The position numbers were made by a program, and so were the translations under genes. 49,850 bases of DNA from Minisyncoccota bacterium (GTDB lineage Bacteria > Patescibacteriota > Minisyncoccia > Phycocordibacterales > UBA9973): assembly GCA_035491955.1 (NCBI GenBank), contig DATJJU010000010.1, forward strand, positions 1 through 49,850, read 5' to 3'. Every line of letters starts with the position of its first letter. The stretch's first letter is position 1. Positions 19,720 to 29,700 of the stretch are shown one piece after another. A model generated the notes under the pieces. That model was given only the letters and a program-made list of their open reading frames with translations. It made no database searches and had not been told where the DNA came from.

Positions 19720-20601
19720 ATGTTTGTCATTAAATACAAAACTCTTTTCATCAGCATCTCAGCATTCTTTGTTGCTATTGCTATTGTTTCTTTGATTGCT
19801 TTCGGTCTTCCGCTTGGCATCGACTTCAAGGGCGGTTCAGCATTGGAAGTACAATACTCCGGCGCTCGTCCTGCTATTCAAACTGTAAATACTGCTGTTG
19901 CAAATGCTGGCTTTGACCATACGTTGGTTCAGCCTATCGGCGATCAAGGATATCGTATTGAAACCGCTACACTTACCGATGCACAGCGTGCGCAATTGGT
20001 AACAGTCAGCGGTGGAACACAAACCAGCTTCACCTCTATCGGCCCTTCAGTTGGCACAGAGCTTAAGCACAAGGCTATTGCCTCGATTATCTTGGTGCTT
20101 ATAGCCATCATTCTTTTCGTAGCATATGCATTCCGCAAGGTTTCAAAGCCGGTTTCTTCATGGAAGTACGGTTTGGCTGTCATCATTGCCCTTATGCACG
20201 ACATTATTATTCCAACAGGTGTCTTTGCACTGCTCGGACACTTCATGGGTGCACAGGTGGATACACTATTCATCGTGGCATTGCTTACAACACTTGGTCT
20301 TTCTGTGGCAGACACTATTGTGGTATTCGATCGTATCCGTGAACACTTGAAGACTAAGGCAAATATGCCATTCGCCCAGTTGGTAGGGGAAAGTCTTTCC
20401 GAGACATTTGTTCGCTCAATCAATACTTCACTGGTTGTTCTTGTCGTTGTGCTTTCACTAGCAATCTTCGGCCCTGCAACAACCCAGCTCTTCGCTATCG
20501 TTCTCGCTGTCGGCATGTTCTTCGGAACCTACTCATCAATCTTTTTGGCATCTCCACTGCTTGTAGTAATGGAACAGTCTCAGAAAAAGAAAAACAAGTA
20601 A
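19720..20601 (+). CDS. secF: Protein translocase subunit SecF
   Basis: LGIDFKGG, IGPSVG.EL, DTIVVFDRIRE, GTYSSIFLASP; start Met 19720. Confidence 0.97.
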   Translation: MFVIKYKTLFISISAFFVAIAIVSLIAFGLPLGIDFKGGSALEVQYSGARPAIQTVNTAVANAGFDHTLVQPIGDQGYRIETATLTDAQRAQLVTVSGGTQTSFTSIGPSVGTELKHKAIASIILVLIAIILFVAYAFRKVSKPVSSWKYGLAVIIALMHDIIIPTGVFALLGHFMGAQVDTLFIVALLTTLGLSVADTIVVFDRIREHLKTKANMPFAQLVGESLSETFVRSINTSLVVLVVVLSLAIFGPATTQLFAIVLAVGMFFGTYSSIFLASPLLVVMEQSQKKKNK

Positions 20602-20606
20602 GCACG

Positions 20607-20890
20607 GCTTATTAAACCTATAGCACCCATGCTGCGTGTATGTTTCCAAAAGTCATCGGTAAACCTCTGATTTTGAAAACATACAGCTCCGCCCAGTTTT
20701 TTGTAGAAGTGTATCTGTAGGTGGTATTGGGGTTTAACGTTCTGTACTAAGAAACGTCCAACCCCAATACCACACAAGGTTTCCATTACCACTCTTAGCT
20801 GGGCGGAGCTACACGTTTTAAAATCCGCGGCTTGTCCAAGGACTTTTAAAACGTGTACGGGGCATGGGTGAGAGAGGTATATATTGAGGC
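20607..20890 (+). ncRNA. Unknown ~280-nt structured repeat element, copy 1
   Basis: Nested stems, G-U pairs favouring the + strand, homologous inverted copy at 49718-49850 with compensatory changes. Confidence 0.7.
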
Positions 20891-20901
20891 TTTCTGAAAT
20901 A

Positions 20902-20932
20902 AAAAAAGCCCCGGCGTAAGGCGGGGCTTTTT
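20902..20932. terminator. Bidirectional intrinsic terminator
   Basis: AAAAAAGCCCCG-GCGTAAGG-CGGGGCTTTTTT. Confidence 0.8.
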
Positions 20933-20936
20933 GTTT

Positions 20937-21128
20937 TTAATCTTCGTTAATTCCGAGCTCATTCTTAAGGTAGGCTCTTTGTTTACCTATAATGAATGTC
21001 AGTATTATGGAGACTAACATGGGCAGGATGGCCCAGATATTTTTTATGAATACCGGGCAAATAATAAAAACAGCGATACAAATAATACCTAAAAAGGTCA
21101 GTAAGTCGTATTTTTCTTCCGTTGTCAT
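20937..21128 (-). CDS. Small two-TM hypothetical protein
   Basis: 63 aa, two hydrophobic helices, ends at the bidirectional terminator. Confidence 0.5.
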   Translation of the reverse strand: MTTEEKYDLLTFLGIICIAVFIICPVFIKNIWAILPMLVSIILTFIIGKQRAYLKNELGINED

Positions 21129-21215
21129 CGTATTTAGTTTTTGTTTAAATTTTATTTATTTAACCATAAAGGTATTGACTTGTAAAGTTTTTCTATGGTG
21201 CTATAATATGGGCAT

Positions 21216-21767
21216 ATGACATGGATTTTGATTGCAATTGTAGTGATCGTTGTGTTGTGGTTCTTCATCACATATAACGGTTTTATTACCAGTAAGAACC
21301 GCGCAGAAGAAGCCTGGGCTGATATTGAAGTACAGCTCAAGCGTCGTTATGACCTTATTCCTAACCTTGTGAACACTGTGAAGGGCTATGCTACTCACGA
21401 AAGTACTGCCTTTGAAAAGGTAACAGAAGCTCGCGCCAAAGCTATTGGTGCACAGGGCACTCCTGGTGCTGCTCAAGCAGAAGGCGAACTCAGTGGCACA
21501 TTGAAGTCACTCTTCGCTATTGCTGAAGCCTATCCAGAGCTAAAAGCTAATACCAACTTCTTGGCTTTGCAGACAGAGCTCTCTGATACTGAAAACAAGA
21601 TTCAAGCCGCTCGTCGCTTCTATAACGGCAACGTTCGCGACTACAACACTAAGCTCGACATTGCACCTTCAAACATTGTGGGTCATATGTTCGGCTTCCA
21701 AAAGAAAGAATACTTCGATCTTGCTGACAACGATGCAGCACAACAGCCTGTACAAGTACAATTTTAA
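21216..21767 (+). CDS. lemA: LemA family protein
   Basis: AW.DIEVQLKRRYDLIPNLV, EAYPELKAN.NF, ARRFYN. Confidence 0.96.
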   Translation: MTWILIAIVVIVVLWFFITYNGFITSKNRAEEAWADIEVQLKRRYDLIPNLVNTVKGYATHESTAFEKVTEARAKAIGAQGTPGAAQAEGELSGTLKSLFAIAEAYPELKANTNFLALQTELSDTENKIQAARRFYNGNVRDYNTKLDIAPSNIVGHMFGFQKKEYFDLADNDAAQQPVQVQF

Positions 21768-21769
21768 GA

Positions 21770-22666
21770 ATGGCAACAATTTATACTCATAGAACTGAAA
21801 ATGTCGAAAAGACTTGGCTGCTTGTAGCGGTCTTTTTGGCTGTAGTAGTAGGGCTAGGGTATTTCTTGTCATATGTGTACAACTCTCCAGGTATTTTGGA
21901 TATCGCAATTGTTTTTGCGGTGATCATGAATATTGCAGGCTATTGGTATTCCGACAAGATCGCCCTTGGTATGGCTAAAGCAGTACCGGCTGATCCTGCA
22001 CAATATCCCACACTCAATAACACAGTTGAAAATCTTGCCATCACTGCCGGTCTGCCAAAGCCTGCTGTCTATATTATTCCTGATCGCGCACCGAATGCAT
22101 TTGCTACCGGGCGCAATGCCAAGCATGCCAGTATTGCGGTCACGCAAGGCTTGCTTGATATGATGAATCAAACAGAGCTTGAAGGCGTACTGGCTCATGA
22201 AATGAGCCATATTGGCAACAAGGATATTCTTTTGCAGAGCATGGTGGCAGTGCTTGTCGGCTTTGTTTCTATTGTAGGAAATATTTTCACGCGCTCATTG
22301 TTGTGGGGCGGTGGCCGTAGCAGAGATGATGGTGAAGGTGGAAACATCCTCGCTATCGTCGGCATTATCTTCATTGTCTTGTCGCCTATCATTGCTACGC
22401 TTATTCAGCTAGCAATATCTCGCAAGCGTGAATATCTGGCAGATGCTTCAGGTGCGCTCCTTACTCGCTATCCCGATGGCCTTGCAAGTGCTTTGGAAAA
22501 AATCGAAGCCTACGGCCGCCCTATGCGCACTGCTAACAATGCTACTGCCCATATGTATATTAGCAATCCCTTTGGCCAGCGGGCGGTACGAGGCATATCT
22601 GCACTCTTCATGACCCATCCGCCAACAGAAAAGCGCATTGCTGCGCTTCGCGATATGGCACTCTGA
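21770..22666 (+). CDS. htpX: Zinc metalloprotease HtpX (M48)
   Basis: PNAFATGR, HEMSH, SRKREYLAD, THPP. Confidence 0.95.
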   Translation: MATIYTHRTENVEKTWLLVAVFLAVVVGLGYFLSYVYNSPGILDIAIVFAVIMNIAGYWYSDKIALGMAKAVPADPAQYPTLNNTVENLAITAGLPKPAVYIIPDRAPNAFATGRNAKHASIAVTQGLLDMMNQTELEGVLAHEMSHIGNKDILLQSMVAVLVGFVSIVGNIFTRSLLWGGGRSRDDGEGGNILAIVGIIFIVLSPIIATLIQLAISRKREYLADASGALLTRYPDGLASALEKIEAYGRPMRTANNATAHMYISNPFGQRAVRGISALFMTHPPTEKRIAALRDMAL

Positions 22667-22717
22667 TTTTCTTGCCAGAACAGGATCTTTGAGTACAATG
22701 AGAAAAAAGGAGGTTAT

Positions 22718-22867
22718 ATGAGGAACTTAGATCTATCAGGGTACGGTATCGGTATGCCGTACAAAAACTATTCTCGTATTAAAAAAGTAATTGCAGGGGC
22801 AATAATCGTTATCGGTTCGGGTCTGTTCCTGGCATATCTAATAAAATATAAACCGATAGAAAAATAA
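22718..22867 (+). CDS. 49-aa single-TM small protein (below the ORF-track cutoff)
   Basis: MRNLDLSGYGIGMPYKNYSRIKKVIAGAIIVIGSGLFLAYLIKYKPIEK; promoter TTGCCA-16-TACAAT, AAGGAGGT before ATG, hairpin after stop. Confidence 0.55.
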   Translation: MRNLDLSGYGIGMPYKNYSRIKKVIAGAIIVIGSGLFLAYLIKYKPIEK

Positions 22868-22924
22868 AAAAGTCGTCATACGCTTCTTCAAAAAAAGATG
22901 TATGACGACTTTTTCATACACAAT

Positions 22925-23011
22925 AGAGGGTTCGCATAGTGGTCTAGTGCGCTCGCTTGGAAAGCGAGTAAGGTGTCAAAGCTTTCACGGGTTCGAATCC
23001 CGTACCCTCTG
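22925..23011 (+). tRNA. tRNA-Ser(GGA)
   Basis: Acceptor AGAGGGT/ACCCTCT plus G, anticodon stem CTCGC/GCGAG with loop TT-GGA-AA, long variable arm, GGTTCGAATCC. Confidence 0.95.
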
Positions 23012-23079
23012 CCTTCGAAAATAAAAATGCCCTCACACAATTTGTGTAAGAGCACTTAGTAATACGTTTCAATGGTATG

Positions 23080-23697
23080 TTATTGAACAACAATCTCTTT
23101 GGCATTGATCGCTGCTTCGATTGAAACAAGATATCCGCCGACAAGAATCTGGCCGTCAGGTTTGTAAAAAAAGTAAGTATTGCCATTTTTAGAGTAAAAC
23201 TTCTTGATGACAACTTTCTTGTTTGCAAAGTCTCCGACTAATTGCTTGTTTTCGATTGGCTGATCTGCTATTGATCTAACGATATCAACGAATAGATTGT
23301 TTACCGTATTAGCAGGACTGCCAAGCTGTATTGTTTGCCCAACCTTTAATACCTGGCCGCCGACTGTTGTGTAGGTCTGCTTGTCATCGGACAAGGTGCC
23401 TGCATTTGTTTTTGCAACAGGAGCAGCAGCTGGTTCGTTGTTTTTGTTAACCATTACTTCAATGACATCGTCGCTAACACCGGCATCTTTTAAAGTTTTT
23501 AATGACGTCATGTCAGTGGAAAAATTAGAAGGAGAGTTTTTGATCTTGCTTTTAATCAATCCATCGCTGAAGCCATAATTTTTCTTCATAGTGATGATAG
23601 AGGCATTAGTCAGTGTTTCCACTGACGCTGTCTGCGCATACGTTGCAACAGAGGCGAGCAGTACAAGGAGTACTGTTACTACTACGGTACGTTTCAT
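23080..23697 (-). CDS. Secreted hypothetical protein
   Basis: Signal peptide ending ATYA-Q; helical LTN..II.M...G.SD..I..KI...L..LK.AGVSD.VI..M domain. Confidence 0.75.
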   Translation of the reverse strand: MKRTVVVTVLLVLLASVATYAQTASVETLTNASIITMKKNYGFSDGLIKSKIKNSPSNFSTDMTSLKTLKDAGVSDDVIEVMVNKNNEPAAAPVAKTNAGTLSDDKQTYTTVGGQVLKVGQTIQLGSPANTVNNLFVDIVRSIADQPIENKQLVGDFANKKVVIKKFYSKNGNTYFFYKPDGQILVGGYLVSIEAAINAKEIVVQ

Positions 23698-23740
23698 TTT
23701 CTTTATCGATTTTAATGTGTGATTTACTAGATTAATTCTC

Positions 23741-24856
23741 TTATATCATATCACTTTTTACATTAAAAGTCAATAGCACCACTTCTGGGCTATTTAAGAA
23801 GCGTAGAGGGGGTCCAAATGTCCCTACACCGTTTGAGGTAACAACAGTCATGTTTTTATACGCCTTAACACCGTAGTCATACCCTTTGTATACACGGCGA
23901 GTGATATAGCGAAATGGCCAAAATTGTCCACGATGCGTATGGCCGGAAACCATTAATGATATATTCGCTTCAGATGCTTCGGGAAGGGAAGTTGGTGGGT
24001 GGTTTATGAGGATAGAGGCTTTGGCACTATCCAAATTCATATGAGCCAAAGCCTCTGCCACCTCCTTGCTCTCTCTGCCGCTATGGTACAGTGTACCAGC
24101 AATTTGCACTCCATCGTATTCAGCCACCTTGTCATCCAATACTGTTGCGCCCATCTGTCGTAAAGAATTCACAAAGAGTTCGTAGTCACCATATGCTTCG
24201 TGATTGCCCGGTGTATAAAATAGAAGAACTTCTTCTGTCAGTTTTTTCCATGATGCCACCAATGGAGCTGTGTCCACGATAGGGCCGTCATAAAAATCTC
24301 CGCCATGCAGTACAAAGTCAGGCTTCAAAGAAAGTATTTTTTGTACCACCATGTCAGAAAACTTTTTGTAATTAACCAAACCGAAGTGAGTATCGGTTAC
24401 AAGTACTGCTGTTTTGCCATTCCAAGATGCTGGAGCGTGAGGCAGAGTAATGCTGTATCTTTTTACAGTAATGATGCGTGCTTGAATGAAGCCGATAATG
24501 CTTGCTAGTACAGAAATGCAAACCATAGCCCAGCCAATCCATAGAGGAGCGGTATGAATACTAAGAAAAAGTATTGTATCGATGATACCTAGTGCAATTG
24601 CGCCAAGAAAAAGATAAAAGAATATTCCGGCGATTATATTCAAAATAGTATAGAGAGTTCTATGCAATACATTACTCGAACGACGCAGTAGCAAGCTCGC
24701 CATGTATGAAAAAGCAATAAAGAGGGAAACAATACTAAGCGTCTTAGAAACGGAAGGATTAGCTTCTAAAGCCGCACTATATACCTTGGAGGTAAAAAGA
24801 CTAATAAAGACTACTATTACAGCTACAATCACAAAAAATACTGTTCGGGAATTCAT
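23741..24856 (-). CDS. Membrane-anchored calcineurin-like metallophosphoesterase (YkuE-like)
   Basis: DTH, GGDFYD, GNHE, NHPP, SGHTH.GQ motifs after N-terminal TMs. Confidence 0.92.
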   Translation of the reverse strand: MNSRTVFFVIVAVIVVFISLFTSKVYSAALEANPSVSKTLSIVSLFIAFSYMASLLLRRSSNVLHRTLYTILNIIAGIFFYLFLGAIALGIIDTILFLSIHTAPLWIGWAMVCISVLASIIGFIQARIITVKRYSITLPHAPASWNGKTAVLVTDTHFGLVNYKKFSDMVVQKILSLKPDFVLHGGDFYDGPIVDTAPLVASWKKLTEEVLLFYTPGNHEAYGDYELFVNSLRQMGATVLDDKVAEYDGVQIAGTLYHSGRESKEVAEALAHMNLDSAKASILINHPPTSLPEASEANISLMVSGHTHRGQFWPFRYITRRVYKGYDYGVKAYKNMTVVTSNGVGTFGPPLRFLNSPEVVLLTFNVKSDMI

Positions 24857-24979
24857 TTTTTCAGTATAGCACGATAATTAGAGGGAATATTGACAATAAT
24901 GCTATTTTGTGCTAATATACTGAAAACAACAGATTAATTCACATTTTTCTTTCACCTTGAATTTTAAAAATCGAATACA

Positions 24980-26377
24980 ATGAAAAGAACCAAAATCTCA
25001 AATGAAATTTTCCTGGAAGCGTTGGATGGTGCAGAAGACGCAACTTCGTTTAAGCAAATTAAATCTGCTTTAAGCAATGAAGAAAACGAAACTATCAGCA
25101 ATTCATTCGCCTCTTCTTTGGAGGAGGATAAATCGAAACATGCTGGTCGCACTGTACTATTTGTAGTTACCTTAACTCTGGTTTTGGCTGCCGGCCTATT
25201 TTCTTTTAAAGGAAGCAGGTTTGTTGCCAGCTGGGGGCCCGCTATCAGCTTACTATGCGTTGCATTGGATGTTAGCGTCGCCTATTTCCTCTATAGGAGA
25301 TCAGTGAGGGGCACTATGAAAATAATATGCGTAGCCATTGAAGTTGTATCACTGCTTTATTTCGGCTACACCATTACAATTCTGTTTGGATCCGATACTG
25401 CGCCTGTTGTTGCAAGAAGTTACATAAGTGCTGATTATAATGCTGTAGAGCAAAATAATCATGGACCAATGGTAAGCATTGCAGACTTGCTTGAGAAAGC
25501 AAAAAAACAAGCCGGCGTAGTTGCACTTTCAGAAAATGAACATGGCGGTCATGGAGTGGTATTTGCTAAAGCAACGCTCATAAACCAAATTGTACCGGGC
25601 AATCTACCAGCAGCCCTTCCAAAAGAAGCACCGCAAGCTCCTTCATTTAAAAGTATTGAAGAAGCCAATAAATGGCTGCAGTCTGAACAAGGGAAGTTGG
25701 CAGCAATTGCTACGAGCTACAATTCTTACTACAACGCTATTAGGGAAGATGCCCGTGGTGTTGACAGTGCTATTGTCGCAGAGATGCGCCAGAACAGCCG
25801 CTTAAGCGAGTTTCAAATGGGAAGCCTCCGTACACTTGAAAGTTCAATGTCAAACATTGCTTCAAAGCCAGAACTGAAAGGAAAAAGCTTTACTGAAAAA
25901 AGTATTGACCCTGAAGATCTGAAAGAAAACGGTATTGCTGGTTTTATTGGCTGGGTTGTAGAGCTTGTTCCTATTTTCTTTATTTTTCTTCTGGCATACT
26001 TACCTGATTCCAGGGAACCATTTGAAAAATTACAAGAAAAGGAGATTCGCAATCTGATTAAAAATCAGCTTAACACCAATGCTATAAGCTTTGATCCAAG
26101 TAGAATAAGAAAAGCTGATTTGGAAGACCTTATTGTTTTTGCAAGAAGAGTCTTCACTTCACTGGCTTTACTAAAGTATTTGAAAGATCGCAAAGCTTCC
26201 TTTGATCAGTTATTTGACTTTAACGATAAGAATCCGCATCTTCTTTACTATATAGAACAAGGAGATTGTGTGTGGACTATGACTCAAATTAACGCTTCAT
26301 TGGAAAATGATCCTGATTTCGCAGATAATATGGAAGAAGCGATCAGGCAGCCGAAGAGGAAGTTCTCGATGGTGTAA
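24980..26377 (+). CDS. Hypothetical membrane protein
   Basis: 465-aa ORF with 3+1 TM and coiled-coil region; upstream TTGACA at 24890. Confidence 0.7.
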   Translation: MKRTKISNEIFLEALDGAEDATSFKQIKSALSNEENETISNSFASSLEEDKSKHAGRTVLFVVTLTLVLAAGLFSFKGSRFVASWGPAISLLCVALDVSVAYFLYRRSVRGTMKIICVAIEVVSLLYFGYTITILFGSDTAPVVARSYISADYNAVEQNNHGPMVSIADLLEKAKKQAGVVALSENEHGGHGVVFAKATLINQIVPGNLPAALPKEAPQAPSFKSIEEANKWLQSEQGKLAAIATSYNSYYNAIREDARGVDSAIVAEMRQNSRLSEFQMGSLRTLESSMSNIASKPELKGKSFTEKSIDPEDLKENGIAGFIGWVVELVPIFFIFLLAYLPDSREPFEKLQEKEIRNLIKNQLNTNAISFDPSRIRKADLEDLIVFARRVFTSLALLKYLKDRKASFDQLFDFNDKNPHLLYYIEQGDCVWTMTQINASLENDPDFADNMEEAIRQPKRKFSMV

Positions 26378-26449
26378 TTAATTCATTTGTACCTTTAATT
26401 CCTAGACCCGTATTGTGAAAACAATGCGGGTTTTGTTATACTTAGGCAT

Positions 26450-26740
26450 ATGAAAAACCTGGATGACTTCATCGATCAGATTATCAAAGATAAGGGTCTT
26501 GATAGCGAAGACCCAGAGGTAGTGGCTCAAATCAAGTCTGATCTGTCAGACAGCGTTGAGAGCCGCATTAATGCCATGATTGTTACGAATATTCCGGAAG
26601 ACAAGCTTCCTGAATTTGAAAAAATGCTCGATAGCAATGATAACGAAAAGATCGAAAGCTATCTCCTAAAAACAATTCCATCATTTGAAGAAAAAGTTGC
26701 GATAGAGCTCGCAGAATTCAAAGCTTTTTATTTGAGCTAA
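26450..26740 (+). CDS. Small acidic helical protein (DUF5663-like)
   Basis: 96 aa acidic helical ORF with TGtTATACT ending 7 nt before ATG. Confidence 0.65.
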   Translation: MKNLDDFIDQIIKDKGLDSEDPEVVAQIKSDLSDSVESRINAMIVTNIPEDKLPEFEKMLDSNDNEKIESYLLKTIPSFEEKVAIELAEFKAFYLS

Positions 26741-26749
26741 CAGATATCT

Positions 26750-29700
26750 ATGGAAAATAACACTGAAGACCTAACTCCTGAGCAGAAGAGAATCATTTTA
26801 TTAAACGAACAGCAGGAGAATCCTGAGAAGAAAGAAATTGTTCTTTCTTCTGGGGCTGAAGTTGAAAAAAGGAAAGATCCTGAACAAAAAGAGGTTGAAA
26901 CTAAAAACCCTTTTGAGGTGACGATTGTTGATACGACCCAATTGGCAGAGTCTCAAGCCCGTGATCGTGGTGACGCCAGAATGACAGAGTCCAAAGAAGA
27001 CCGCTCTGCCAATATTTTTACAAGAACAGCGAAGCGTATTTGGAAGCATAATCTTTTTCAAGAGGTATACCGCCAGAAAGAGATCAGTAAGGCTCGTGAG
27101 GAAATTAAAAAAACTGGAAATATTTTAAGTGATGCAGCTGCTGATGCTGAAGCCAATGCCGCTATTGTTGAGCGTTTCGCACTGGAATACGATCAAGAGT
27201 ACAAAGGGCAGATGTTGAAGGAAGGGGAAACTCTTTCGCCTGAAAATGAACAGCTCAATAAGGAAATCAAAACGCTTATTGATCAGCATGCGCATGCTCC
27301 TATGACAGAAGCGGTCTTTCAAGAAGAGCGCAATCGTATATTGGGCCAATATACCGAGAAGCCGGGCAAGATGGGGCAGTTGTATGCCGACAATCTCTTT
27401 AAAGTAGCGCAAGAAGTCAGAAAGGCTATTGAAAATGGCAAGAAGCTTGAAGAGCTTAATCTCGACGTGAAAGTTCGCCTCGGTAAGGCCCAGGAAGGTT
27501 TGAATACTGAAGCCAAGAAAAATACGTTTGAGAAATTACAGAATTCAAAAGTAGGAAAATATATTCTTAATGAAGGCGTTGTAGCTGCTGGTGTCTATTC
27601 TGCCAGTAAGTTTTTGTTTGAGAAAACATTGCGAAGCAAAGCGGCTCAGCTTGCAACATTTGGCGGTACTGCAGTTGCTGCCGGAGCATTGGCTGGCGTA
27701 AAGGAAGCTGCTCGTATAGAGCGAGAGCGTGCTCAGTATGCTCGTGAGTCTGCAAAAGGTTTGGGCTCTGACCCTGAATCAAAGCGCAGAAAGGAATTCG
27801 CTGATGTGAACTATGAGACTATTTCAATGGCCGGCACTATTAGTGCGCTTGAAAAGAATCTTGAAATCTTGAAAGGCGGAACGGTTGATCCCAGTGTCAT
27901 CCTGAATGATTTTGCCGACATTGAGTCACGCATCGTGTTGGGAAAAGAGAGAAAGATCGATCTTTTTCATTACTCTGGTGAAAATTCGGTGGAAGTTGAA
28001 AGAACAAACCTCTTGAAAGCGCGTGCCAAATTGAATAATGCATTGCGCAAAGAATTAGGTGAGGATAAATACAAGACAATGCTCGAAGAGAGAACAAAGA
28101 ATTTCTCAGATGAGCTGATGAAGGGCGAAAAGGGTCTTGAGGCAAAGGATAAGGCATTTGCAAAATTGAAGCGCAGCGGTGTTGCTAAGCATGTTATTAA
28201 GACAGCACTGATAAGTGCTGGGGCTGGGATAGTGGCACAAGAAGGTACTGCTTTGGTGAAATCAGGTCTTCATTCCTGGCTTGGCATAGGTAAGGGTGAG
28301 GATAGTTGGATTCAAGGCGCTTTCAAAAGCCTTACAGGCAAAACTAATAAGCTCAATCAAAATGCTACGATGCTTGAAGCATGGCGTCGAAGCATTAGCG
28401 GCGAAGTGCCGCGCATGCCGATGGGCAACGAGACTCTGGGCGTGATTCATAATCCTCTGGGCTCTGGCGACTACAATATGCGCTTGCCGCAAGGCGTTAG
28501 TCTTACCGATCATGGTAATGGCGTGTTTGATATTGTCCGCAATGGAGAAACTGTTGCTTCAAACGTGAAAGCCTTTGATCCTTCCGGGCACATGAATCCT
28601 GATCTTAAGTTTGAATTATTGAAACACGATATTTATGCCGGCGATCCTGCTATGGTAGGCGGTCATGACCCTCAGTCAGCAATGGATTATATAAATGGAC
28701 ACAAGGGAGACACCCAGCTTGTTCATCGCGAACTGCATTATGATAATGACACCCCTAAAGTATTTGATAAGAATGAGCTGGAAGAGAAATGGGGCGGCAC
28801 TGGTATTCGAAATTCATTTGATCATGCTGGTAAATTTGTAGGATATGAAGGTTCTGGGCTTGATGAACACGGCAACTATGTTTTGAATATCAATCGCATG
28901 GCTGCTGATGGTTCATACCACAATCATCTTTCTGTGAATGCTCAGGAGGCCATGAAAAAGGGCGGACTAAAAATGCTATTCTCAGTTTCTCGAGACACAC
29001 AGCAGCACGTCTTCCAAGTTGAAATTGATGCCAATGGTAACGCTATAATTCCAAAAGATAGTGAAATTGCAAAGTTGATGTTCCAGACTCAAAACGGTCA
29101 TGCTGTCTTTACTGGAAAGTATGCGGAGGTGGCCCAAGTCATGGGCTCTGGAAAAGACGGAGTAGAAAACGTTCGCATCCTCTCTACCGTTGTGGGTCAT
29201 GGTCACGACTATATTACCGATCCAGGCCATCCCGTTGTTCGTCTTGATGTCCCTGGTTCGACTGACTACTCTGTACCGCCAGTTATTCCGGCTGTTCCTC
29301 GTACTCCGCTTGAAAGAGCAGTAGAGACAGAAAAAGAAAAGAAGCAGGAACCGCCTAAAGAGGCACCAAAGAATGCAACAGGAGAAGAAAAGCCAAAGGA
29401 CTCTGTTGTTGTAGATTCAATATATCAGCCTGAAAATGGTTTCCGTGCTGAAGAAAAAATTCCGGCCGGCACATTCGCCGCGCATGAACAGCTGGAAAAG
29501 GCTAAAAAAGAAATGACAAAAGCGGAGTACGATGCACTGCGTGAAGATTTGGAATTCATCAATAAGAAAATCCAAAGCCATGAAGGCATCATTGCTGTTG
29601 ATCGAAACAACCTCAAATCAAAGCTCGGCCGAGACCTTTATGAAAATCTCAAACACATTCCTGACGGCGATAAGCCAATACAGTTCAATAGAGACGAGCT

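Noticed and set aside
20580-20792. 70-aa minus-strand ORF over the structured element
   Set aside because: No protein features, and the compensatory base changes point to nucleic-acid structure rather than coding.
20607-20890. Element as tmRNA or SRP RNA
   Set aside because: No tRNA-like ends or T-loop, and no SRP helix-8 motif on either strand.
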